Below are positions 47,498 through 55,459 of a stretch of 64,000 nucleotides of DNA, in pieces. The stretch's first letter is position 1; each line of letters opens with the position of its first letter. The notes under the pieces are model-generated. The model did no database searches. It was not told the origin of the DNA and saw nothing but the letters and a program-made list of their open reading frames with translations. The DNA is from Dehalococcoidales bacterium (GTDB lineage: Bacteria; Chloroflexota; Dehalococcoidia; Dehalococcoidales; UBA2162), in contig DAOUCV010000021.1 in assembly GCA_034432095.1 (NCBI GenBank), positions 4,262 through 68,261 of the forward strand. Direction: 5' to 3'. A program made the position numbers and the translations under genes.

Positions 47498-48844
47498 ATG
47501 GTGTTAGTACAAAAACCTGAAAGGAGATGGGAGACAAGACCTCTTCAATTCTGGGCAAAGGCTAAGGAGTTAAGGGCCAAGTTCTATCAGACCGAGCAGG
47601 AAGCCAAGAAACAAAAGGTATTTCTTATTGGAGGTGGGGATGGTCCTCAGCAGGGGCTGGGTCCTGGTTTTGGTAATCTCCACTTCGTACATCCTCATCC
47701 TGAAGCCGCCAGTATAGCGAATGTGGGTGACGCTTACTCCAGGCAGTGCCGGGGGGCGACCGAGGCTTATGGCTATGGGCGTAATCTTTGTGGTTACCAG
47801 TTGGATTATATCGGTGCCCTGCTAACTAACCGTCACTTCTCGGGTGGGGAGATGCCCCGGCGAGACCTGGTGTGTCAGGGCAATGACCTCTGTGCTATGT
47901 TCCCCAAGCTCGGTCAGCTAGAAGCCGAGTTCTGGGGCGTTCCGGACCACCACACGGATGCTACGGGGTATTATGGTGAATGGGACGAAGAAAGAGCCAA
48001 AGCAGCAACGCAGTATATGATTGACCAGTATATCGGGACGATAGAGTGGCTGGAGAAGGCTACCGGTACAAAGTTCAACGTAGAGGCTCAGGTCGAGTAC
48101 ATGAAAAGACAGCGACGTATGCAGGCGCTACGGGGAGAAGTGATTGAGATGCTGACCCATATCCCGTGCCCTCTGGACCAAAAGTCAGCATACTCCGTTC
48201 TTGTCCTCGGCAGTCTGGTAGGTAGTGACCCGGAAGAGACAGAAAAGTTGTGGGAAATGATAAGAGACGAGATAAAATGGCGGGTGGAGAATAACATCGC
48301 CGGTGTGGCTACTGAGAGATACCGCTGGACAGAGAATGAGCCACCACCGTGGTTTTTCCTCAAGTACTACCGGTATATGGAGCAGTATGGCGCTGTCTGT
48401 ATCCAGACCTTTTACCACGGAGTGCGTTTGGAGGAGCAACCTGATGGTAGCTGGAAAGCACCTAAGGTTCCTTTAGAACCGGAAGTAGAGATTAAGACTG
48501 TAGAGGATTTTGTCCGAGCTCAGGTTGAGACGATGAGGATGGGTGGCAGACGTCGTAGCGGCTGGGCAGGACATGGTCCGCTGCCTGAGGATTACTATCA
48601 GAACCTAATGTATGCCGTCAGGGCTTTCAAATGTGATGGGGTAATCCTCCCGCTTCACCGGGCTGGTATCGGCTGTGTCTTCAGTATGAAAGCAGCGGCC
48701 ATGAAGCTGATGGAGCAGGGAATACCGGTTATGCACTATGAGACATCTCACCCCGGAGACAGGACCGATTTTGATGAGAACCGGCTGCTTGACCAGCTTG
48801 ATACCTTCATGGAGACCCAGGGGCTGAGGAAGCTTGAAGACTAG
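47498..48844 (+). CDS. BcrB/BadE/HgdA family protein (partner D-component subunit)
   Basis: Blocks resemble BcrB, recalled from memory: RYRWTENEPPPWFFLKYYRYMEQYGAVCI and CDGVILPLHRAGIGCVFS...HYETSHPGDRTDFD. Confidence 0.7.
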   Translation: MVLVQKPERRWETRPLQFWAKAKELRAKFYQTEQEAKKQKVFLIGGGDGPQQGLGPGFGNLHFVHPHPEAASIANVGDAYSRQCRGATEAYGYGRNLCGYQLDYIGALLTNRHFSGGEMPRRDLVCQGNDLCAMFPKLGQLEAEFWGVPDHHTDATGYYGEWDEERAKAATQYMIDQYIGTIEWLEKATGTKFNVEAQVEYMKRQRRMQALRGEVIEMLTHIPCPLDQKSAYSVLVLGSLVGSDPEETEKLWEMIRDEIKWRVENNIAGVATERYRWTENEPPPWFFLKYYRYMEQYGAVCIQTFYHGVRLEEQPDGSWKAPKVPLEPEVEIKTVEDFVRAQVETMRMGGRRRSGWAGHGPLPEDYYQNLMYAVRAFKCDGVILPLHRAGIGCVFSMKAAAMKLMEQGIPVMHYETSHPGDRTDFDENRLLDQLDTFMETQGLRKLED

Positions 48845-48946
48845 ACCCGAGGCTGGAGATAATACTTAGGGCACCGCTAGATGATGCGGTGCCTTGGGTA
48901 TCAGGACGGTATTAACCAAGAGGCTGATTATCACCCGGCGGATTCT

Positions 48947-50137
48947 CTAGATTGCCTTCCGGGCAATCTCGGCGACGTCGTAAATTTGAATCTGCTGTCC
49001 GCATTCTCTAGCAGCGTCTTTGAAGTTCCTTTCACACCAGGGACAGCTGGTGACCAGCGCCGTAGCTCCAGTAGCCTTTGCCTCTTTCAGCCTTTCGTTA
49101 GCTGTCCATAGGGCCAGTTCGGGGTTTGCCTGGCTTACCCCAGCGCCAGCCCCACAACACCACGCATTTTCTCTGGTGCGCTCCATCTCTACCAGCTCTA
49201 TCCCCGGTATGCTCCTGAGTATGTTTCGCGGAGGCTCGTACACACCAGCTTGAGAGAGATGCCGCCCCAGATGGCAGGGGTCGTGATAGGTGACCTTCAT
49301 CGGGACCTTTCTTTTGAACTTGATGCTGCCCTCATTTACGAGCTGGTCAAGATACTCCACCATGTGGAGCACCTCGAACCTCATTTCAATATTGACCCTG
49401 GGGTAGAGTGTTTTGAAGGTGCTGTAACCATCGGAGCAGGAAGTTACTACCTTGCTCACGCCCAGGGAATTGAAAGTTTCCACACAGTGCTGAGCATATT
49501 TGGTGAATTCACCAAGATAGCCTATCTCGTAAGCGCGCCCCCCGCAGCAGGCTTCTTCCATGCCCATAATGCCCACATCCACGCCCGCCGCCCTCATCAG
49601 GCTTATCGCACTTCTGGGCACTTCCCAGAGCTCGGGGTCAAATGAGAGCATACACCCGGCATGATAGAGGATGTCCACTTTATCCTGAGTGGCATATTTT
49701 ACTCCCCGGTCCTTAGCCCAGTCCCCCCTTTCTGACTTGGGTTTACCGAACACATTGTCGTCCTTTCTCAAGCCATAATACATCACCATATAGGCGGGAT
49801 TTAGGAGCCCCTGTGTCACCGCTTCGGTACGAAGGGTCCGGACAATCTCAAAAATGTGCTGGTGATGATAGACGCCGCACTGCTGTTCACAGGAAAGGCA
49901 GCCGGTGCAGGCGTAAATTCTCTCCCGTATTTCGTCATCAGCCAGGGACAGTATCCCTTTAGAAACCGCTCTGGCAATGGATACCTGTCCCGAAGGGAAG
50001 TAGGACTCAAGCTGGAACCTTTCTCCAGCAGGACAGGCGGGAATAAATAAATTAAGGACGTCCTTACAGGTGCCACAGCGCGTGCATCCATAGAGCCATT
50101 CTTTCACATCGTCAAGACCCACTATTTCCTCCTTCAT
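48947..50137 (-). CDS. (Fe-S)-binding oxidoreductase with two CCG domains (GlcF/GlpC/HdrD-like)
   Basis: CTRCGTCKDVLNLFIPACP and CTGCLSCEQQC, then EEACCGG, HDPCHLGRH, AWCCGAG and SCPWC. Confidence 0.85.
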   Translation of the reverse strand: MKEEIVGLDDVKEWLYGCTRCGTCKDVLNLFIPACPAGERFQLESYFPSGQVSIARAVSKGILSLADDEIRERIYACTGCLSCEQQCGVYHHQHIFEIVRTLRTEAVTQGLLNPAYMVMYYGLRKDDNVFGKPKSERGDWAKDRGVKYATQDKVDILYHAGCMLSFDPELWEVPRSAISLMRAAGVDVGIMGMEEACCGGRAYEIGYLGEFTKYAQHCVETFNSLGVSKVVTSCSDGYSTFKTLYPRVNIEMRFEVLHMVEYLDQLVNEGSIKFKRKVPMKVTYHDPCHLGRHLSQAGVYEPPRNILRSIPGIELVEMERTRENAWCCGAGAGVSQANPELALWTANERLKEAKATGATALVTSCPWCERNFKDAARECGQQIQIYDVAEIARKAI

Positions 50138-50153
50138 CTAATTTGAATGCCAG

Positions 50154-51599
50154 CTACTCCTGGGGCGCACCCCACCGCCCAGGGTTAAGGATATTATTAG
50201 GGTCAAGCATCTGTTTAATCCTTCGATGCAGTTTCACCCAGTTGGGGTCAGCCCGTTCTTCCAGCTTTCTTATTGCCCAGACAGGCGTCTTATAAGGAAT
50301 AAAACCCGTATCCAAAACCAACTCAAGCTGTTCTGCGCATAGGGCTTCTACCCTCTTTACGGTCTCGGGGTCTTCTTTGTCATAAGGCAGCATCCACCTC
50401 AGACCGACGAAGTGCCCCTCATTCATCACCCGGGTATAGCAACTCCGGGTAATATTGTATTTGTCCTGAAGCTCACAGCCCTTCTTGGCGGTCTCAAGCC
50501 AGCGGCTCATCGGGCCATAGGTGCCCACCCAGGTAAGCCCTCCTCCCCCGCTCAGCACGGGTAGGGCCTGCATCGGGAAACCAGCATAGGCACCAGGTGA
50601 ACGCCGGGGTTCAATTGGCTTAATACCTTTAAGCTCCTCGTTGACCACTTCTTCAATGACTTTCATTTTGGCGTCGAGCTCATCTTTGGTATTACCCGAA
50701 ATCTCCACCGATACATTGAATTCGGGCTCATCGGGACGGCGAGGTTGTGCGGGATAAATGGACGCCTTCTTATGCTCCATAGCCGTCTGCGAAACCCTGC
50801 CCAGGGCATAGGAGGTGCCGATAATATCGTCAGGAATCCGAGTTCGCGATAGTACCCGCAGCAGCTCGTAGGCACTTTCCATGTCCATCAACTGAAAGTG
50901 CAGCCCACCGGTATGTTTTGGCTTGGGCCAGAGGCTCACTGCCATCTTGGTGATGATGCCGGTTGTGCCCTGCCAGCCCAGAAAGAGACCAGCCAGTTCG
51001 GGGAAAGGGACAATTGCCTGCCACGTTTTACTGACTGCGCAGGAGCCGATTCTCACTAGCTCCGCCGTGGGCAGGACTACTTCCAGTCCGCTGACCCAGT
51101 GTGAGGCTGCCCCATATCTGAATGATAGATTATCCAGCCCCTGCACGAGGGCGTTAGTCATAACACCGGTGGAAGGTGGTGAAAAGGCATAGGTATACAT
51201 GAGATTGGGGTGGTGCTTCTCAAGGTAGGCTTTCATGTGTCCAAAGGTTACCCCGGGTTCGACTACGGCGTACATATCAATATCATTCACTTCGATGATG
51301 CGGTCCATCCTTTTCAGGTCAAGTACTATGCCGCCCTTAAGGGGGATAGTCAGCCCCCCGATATTGCCTCCGGCAACGTAGGGAGTAACCGGTACCTTCT
51401 CTTTGTTGGCGAGACGGACAATCGCCTGCACCTCCTCCAACGACTTCGGCAGGACTACAATATCGGGCCAGCTCGGCTCAGCCTGTGTCATGTCGTACGA
51501 GTAGATATAAAGGTCTGCCTGATTGGTGGAAACAAACTCGCTCCCCACAATCTTAGCTAGCTCTTCTGCAACCCCGCTTTTGACCGATGCTTCTAGCAT
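50154..51599 (-). CDS. FAD-linked oxidase (GlcD / D-lactate dehydrogenase-like)
   Basis: 481 aa with an FAD_binding_4-type N-terminal half (PDIVVLPKSLEEVQAIVRLANKEKVPVTPYVAGGNIGG) and C-terminal KQMLDPNNILNPG. Confidence 0.85.
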   Translation of the reverse strand: MLEASVKSGVAEELAKIVGSEFVSTNQADLYIYSYDMTQAEPSWPDIVVLPKSLEEVQAIVRLANKEKVPVTPYVAGGNIGGLTIPLKGGIVLDLKRMDRIIEVNDIDMYAVVEPGVTFGHMKAYLEKHHPNLMYTYAFSPPSTGVMTNALVQGLDNLSFRYGAASHWVSGLEVVLPTAELVRIGSCAVSKTWQAIVPFPELAGLFLGWQGTTGIITKMAVSLWPKPKHTGGLHFQLMDMESAYELLRVLSRTRIPDDIIGTSYALGRVSQTAMEHKKASIYPAQPRRPDEPEFNVSVEISGNTKDELDAKMKVIEEVVNEELKGIKPIEPRRSPGAYAGFPMQALPVLSGGGGLTWVGTYGPMSRWLETAKKGCELQDKYNITRSCYTRVMNEGHFVGLRWMLPYDKEDPETVKRVEALCAEQLELVLDTGFIPYKTPVWAIRKLEERADPNWVKLHRRIKQMLDPNNILNPGRWGAPQE

Positions 51600-51771
51600 T
51601 TCTCTAACCTCCCTCTTGTTCGATAGCTCGTTTGATGGGCTTCTTCCATTTACACTGGTTACACTGGGTATTATTTAGCCGGTTCTCCCTTGTTGTCTAC
51701 ATCGGGACGGGGGTCTACCTGCGCTTAAATAGTTCCTGGGACGGCTTTTCGCCCAGAGAAACGAGCTAATG

Positions 51772-51811
51772 CTCAAAGGGAACGGGGATGAGAATCCCCG
51801 TTCCCTTTGAG
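51772..51811 (-). terminator. perfect 17-bp stem hairpin 10 nt downstream of SBP3
   Basis: ctcaaagggaacgggga tgagaa tccccgttccctttgag. There is no clear U-tract on the minus strand. Confidence 0.55.
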
Positions 51812-51820
51812 TTTGCTACC

Positions 51821-53659
51821 CTAGTAGCCCATGGACTTCTTCAGCGCCTGGTCTACCCAGATGTAGTAAAGGTGCAGTTGCTGGTCGTCACAACCGATGC
51901 TCCATTCACCTGAGTAGTTCTGCACCCAGGGCCACCACATGCGGTAAACCCGTGGGACTGGTAGCCATATTGCCACGCATTGCTCAAGAATGAAGGGCAC
52001 GACGGCTTTCAGCGTTGCGGCGTATTTTGCGTCATCCTTGCAAACGTACTTTCGCTGCTCGTTGTAGGCTGCCCTGGTAACCGGGTGCTCATAGTAGCTG
52101 AAGCAGTCAAAGCTCTCTTTACGGGTATTATGCATATCGTAGGGGAAGGGCGCTGTGGGTGACATGGTATAGATACCTTCATCATAAGACCTTGAACGCC
52201 TCATGCCGGTGAAAATGCTTATTTCAATTGGCTGAATCTCCAGGGTAACATTGACCTTAGCGAAGTATTCTTTAATTAGAGCGAGAAAGTCTGCATCACC
52301 GGGAGCGCAGACTATCTTGCATTTGAAGCCATTGGGGTAGCCGGCTTCTTTCAGCAATTGCTTTGCCTTGGTCAGGCTCTCCGGAGTATAGTAAAACAGT
52401 TCCTGGACGCCGCATCTTGAGTCGGGAGTTGTTGGCTCCTTTGGCATCTCCTCAAGCGGAGTATAGAAAGGCTCCCACGCCTTGTCTGGTGGGTATATCG
52501 CGGCTTGCAGGTCGGCATATCCACGATAGTAATCTTTTATCAGCTCCTGTTTGTTTATCACCAGGGTCATTGCCTGCCGGACCCGCAGGTCGTGCCAGGG
52601 CAGCTCCGGCTTGTCAACCCGGAAATACAGGTGGTTAGCCGAACCGGGGACTGTAGTGTACTTTAAGCTGGGGCACTGCTTCATAAGCGTCTCCCCGTCT
52701 TCCCAGGTCAGGGTTGCGCCTAGCGAGTAATCAAGCTTGCCGGTGCGAAATGCCGCCAGTTGAGTAGATTTGTCGGTTATGACGAGACCGTTAAGCGTGT
52801 CTATATAGGGTAGCTGATTCTCCGGGTGGAGTGGGTCGTACTGCCAGTAGTTTGGGTTCTTCTTATAAGTCAGTTGACTGTTCGGGATGTAGTCCGTCAG
52901 TATATATGCTCCAGTCCCGCAGACATTACGCCAGTCCCTCATATCCCCGTAAGTATCAACTACCTCTTTGGGATAATGGTATAACCAGCTAGCAGTATAG
53001 ATAACCTGTAACCCCTGTGACTGTGGGGGCACTTTAACCTGGAGGGTATACTTGTCAAGAGCAGTGGCAACAGGAGGGGGTTCCCCCGGGTCAAGTTTGG
53101 CCTTATGTGCCGTCGCTACGGCATCGGGTGACCACATGCGGTTGATGGTCCATGCCGCATCATAGGCGGTGAACTCCCGGCCATTTACCGGCGGCTTGTT
53201 CCACCAGTGGACTCCCTTTCGGATCTTGAATAGCAGGGTCTTATCATCGGGCATGCTCCAGCTTTCAGCCAACTGACCCGTCAACCGGCTGGAATAGCCG
53301 AGAAAACCGCCAATGCCAGCCTCTCCGGTTCCCTGAGGTGTCTGCTTCCAGTCTCCCATCAGCAACTCTTCGTTGCAGAGATAGAGCGTTGAACACTGCA
53401 CCATAAAAATGTAATAGGGGTCAAACCCCATCGGGTCAGAAGCTATAAAAGTGAACGTTCCTCCATACTTCGGCACTTCTGGAGGCAGAAGCTCCTCCTT
53501 TTCCGCCACCTTTTCTTCCGCCACTTTCTCCTCCTCCGCGGTTACTACTGTTGCTTTACCTACTTCCATTTCTTTCGCCGCTTCTTTCGGGGCGCAGGAG
53601 GCTATCACCAGGGATAGCACCATCAGGCCGCTCACCAGTATCCAGGTAATCTTCTTCAC
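51821..53659 (-). CDS. ABC transporter substrate-binding lipoprotein, family 5, paralogue 3
   Basis: MKKITWILVSGLMVLSLVIASCAPKE lipobox, an EEEKVAEEKVAEKE linker, and C-terminus ALKKSMGY. GTG start after AAAGGAGG. Confidence 0.85.
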   Translation of the reverse strand: MKKITWILVSGLMVLSLVIASCAPKEAAKEMEVGKATVVTAEEEKVAEEKVAEKEELLPPEVPKYGGTFTFIASDPMGFDPYYIFMVQCSTLYLCNEELLMGDWKQTPQGTGEAGIGGFLGYSSRLTGQLAESWSMPDDKTLLFKIRKGVHWWNKPPVNGREFTAYDAAWTINRMWSPDAVATAHKAKLDPGEPPPVATALDKYTLQVKVPPQSQGLQVIYTASWLYHYPKEVVDTYGDMRDWRNVCGTGAYILTDYIPNSQLTYKKNPNYWQYDPLHPENQLPYIDTLNGLVITDKSTQLAAFRTGKLDYSLGATLTWEDGETLMKQCPSLKYTTVPGSANHLYFRVDKPELPWHDLRVRQAMTLVINKQELIKDYYRGYADLQAAIYPPDKAWEPFYTPLEEMPKEPTTPDSRCGVQELFYYTPESLTKAKQLLKEAGYPNGFKCKIVCAPGDADFLALIKEYFAKVNVTLEIQPIEISIFTGMRRSRSYDEGIYTMSPTAPFPYDMHNTRKESFDCFSYYEHPVTRAAYNEQRKYVCKDDAKYAATLKAVVPFILEQCVAIWLPVPRVYRMWWPWVQNYSGEWSIGCDDQQLHLYYIWVDQALKKSMGY

Positions 53660-53751
53660 TCTGCTTTAACCTCCTTTCTCAGTCTGGCTGTAGTCTCTTG
53701 CGATTTTGTAACTCTTATCTCATCGGTGCACCTCCTTTTTTTTTGTTGAAT

Positions 53752-53781
53752 AGTCTAGTTTTTATTGTGGGGATTTGTCAA
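53752..53781 (-). promoter_or_regulatory. sigma70-like promoter of SBP3
   Basis: On the minus strand: TTGACA (53781-53776), 18-nt spacer, TAGACT (53757-53752). Confidence 0.5.
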
Positions 53782-53873
53782 GTGAAGTTAATCCATTCGA
53801 ACAGTCTGAGCAAATTATGACTTCAACTGCGCAATCTGGTCCATTACTATACGAATAGCCGGGCGCAAAGAGA

Positions 53874-54551
53874 CTAAGTAACGAAAGTGCCGTCGCTCAA
53901 CTGCCTGGTCACGTCAGCAATCTCGGCCATAGCTACATCATGGGTAGCCACCACTACACCCACATTCTCTCTGGACGCAATCTCCTTAAGCAGGGTAAAA
54001 ATGGCTTTACCGGTAGCTAAATCCAGCTCGCCCGTGGGCTCATCAGCCAGAATAAGCGAAGGGCGGTGAACCAGTGCCCGGGCGATAGCCAGCCTTTGTT
54101 GTTCCCCGCCTGATAGTTCGTAGGGTCGATGACGAGCGCGGGCAGTCAGACCAACTAACTCAAGACATTCCTCGGTTCGCCGGTGTCGCTCCGTTCTGTC
54201 CCACTCACCGATGCGCAGGGGTAGCTCGACATTCTCATAGGCTGAAAGTAAAGGAAGTAACCCGAAGGACTGAAACACAAAGCCAATATGACGACGTCTC
54301 AGTTGTATTAATTCCCATTCCGTGAGCTTGGACAGGTCTTGACCCTGAAAATAGACGGTGCCGGAGGTAGGGCTGTCAAGTCCGGCCAGCAGGTTGAGGA
54401 GGGTGGTCTTTCCCGAGCCTGACCGTCCGGTTACCACCAGCAGCTGGCCAGAATGGACCTCCAGGTCGACATCATGGATGGCTCTTATTTTATCGGGACC
54501 CAAGCTGAATATCCTCTCCAATTTGTGAGCCGAGACCAGCGGCTCAGTCAT
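53874..54551 (-). CDS. ABC transporter ATP-binding protein (LolD/MacB-type)
   Basis: GRSGSGKTTLLNLLAGLD, LSGGEQQRLAIARAL and LILADEPTGELD. Confidence 0.9.
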   Translation of the reverse strand: MTEPLVSAHKLERIFSLGPDKIRAIHDVDLEVHSGQLLVVTGRSGSGKTTLLNLLAGLDSPTSGTVYFQGQDLSKLTEWELIQLRRRHIGFVFQSFGLLPLLSAYENVELPLRIGEWDRTERHRRTEECLELVGLTARARHRPYELSGGEQQRLAIARALVHRPSLILADEPTGELDLATGKAIFTLLKEIASRENVGVVVATHDVAMAEIADVTRQLSDGTFVT

Positions 54552-55449
54552 CTCTGGTCCTCCCCTTGTTAACTTCCTCTGGCCAGATGGTGATATGGTC
54601 TTCAGCCAGAAGGACCCTCACTCGTCCTTTCAGTTTCAGTTTGTCTACATATTCCCGGGGAATCTGGAGGCGTCCGGCACCATCCAGGACGACAAACTCT
54701 TCAAAGACTTCTTGCCGCTCCGCCTGAAGCAACTTAGGTCCCCGGACGGCTTCCAGACTGGTTCTTCCGTCACGGATGGTCACCACTCGCTGAACCTTGC
54801 CGGTGATAGAGGTGTCATGAGTTACTATGACAATAGTAACCCCGTAAGTCTCATTTAAAGAGCGGAACACATCAAGAATACCTGACGCTGATTGACTGTC
54901 CAGTTCGCCGGTGGGTTCATCAGCCAGCAGGAGCGGCGGGTTATGAGCCAGCGCCACGGCGATAGCTACCCGCTGTTGCTCTCCACCCGATAAACGTTCC
55001 GGTCGATGGTGCATCCGACCTGCCAGTCCCACTGCCGCCAGCATTTCCTTTGCACGTTGTGCCCTCTTTTTTTGAGGCCACCCCAGCAGAGCGAGAGGCA
55101 GTTCCACGTTCTGAAACGCCGTAAGGTAGGGCACCAGGTTTCTCCCCGTCTGTTGCCAGACAAATCCCACGTCCCGCCGTCTATACTTGACTAGGTCACG
55201 GGGCTTCATCTTAAGTAAGTCTTTTCCCCCGACAATGACCTGCCCTGCCGTGGGAGTATCCAGCCCGCCAAGGATATTGAGCAGGGTGCTCTTACCACTG
55301 CCGCTAGCGCCGACGATAGCTACCAGCTCACCTTTCTTTACCCTAAGGTCCAGACCCCGCAGGGCTACTACCTCCAGGTCGGCTATCTTATAAATCTTGA
55401 ACACGTCTTCACAGTTTATATAGTAGCTATCATCTTTAGAGCCAGCCAT
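54544..55449 (-). CDS. ABC transporter ATP-binding protein (LolD/MacB-type) with a C-terminal AbrB/SpoVT-like extension
   Basis: GASGSGKSTLLNILGGLD, LSGGEQQRVAIAVAL and LLLADEPTGELD. The ~60-aa tail reads GRLQIPREYVDKLKLKGRVRVLLAEDHITIWP. Confidence 0.85.
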   Translation of the reverse strand: MAGSKDDSYYINCEDVFKIYKIADLEVVALRGLDLRVKKGELVAIVGASGSGKSTLLNILGGLDTPTAGQVIVGGKDLLKMKPRDLVKYRRRDVGFVWQQTGRNLVPYLTAFQNVELPLALLGWPQKKRAQRAKEMLAAVGLAGRMHHRPERLSGGEQQRVAIAVALAHNPPLLLADEPTGELDSQSASGILDVFRSLNETYGVTIVIVTHDTSITGKVQRVVTIRDGRTSLEAVRGPKLLQAERQEVFEEFVVLDGAGRLQIPREYVDKLKLKGRVRVLLAEDHITIWPEEVNKGRTRDD

Positions 55450-55459
55450 TTTTTAAACC

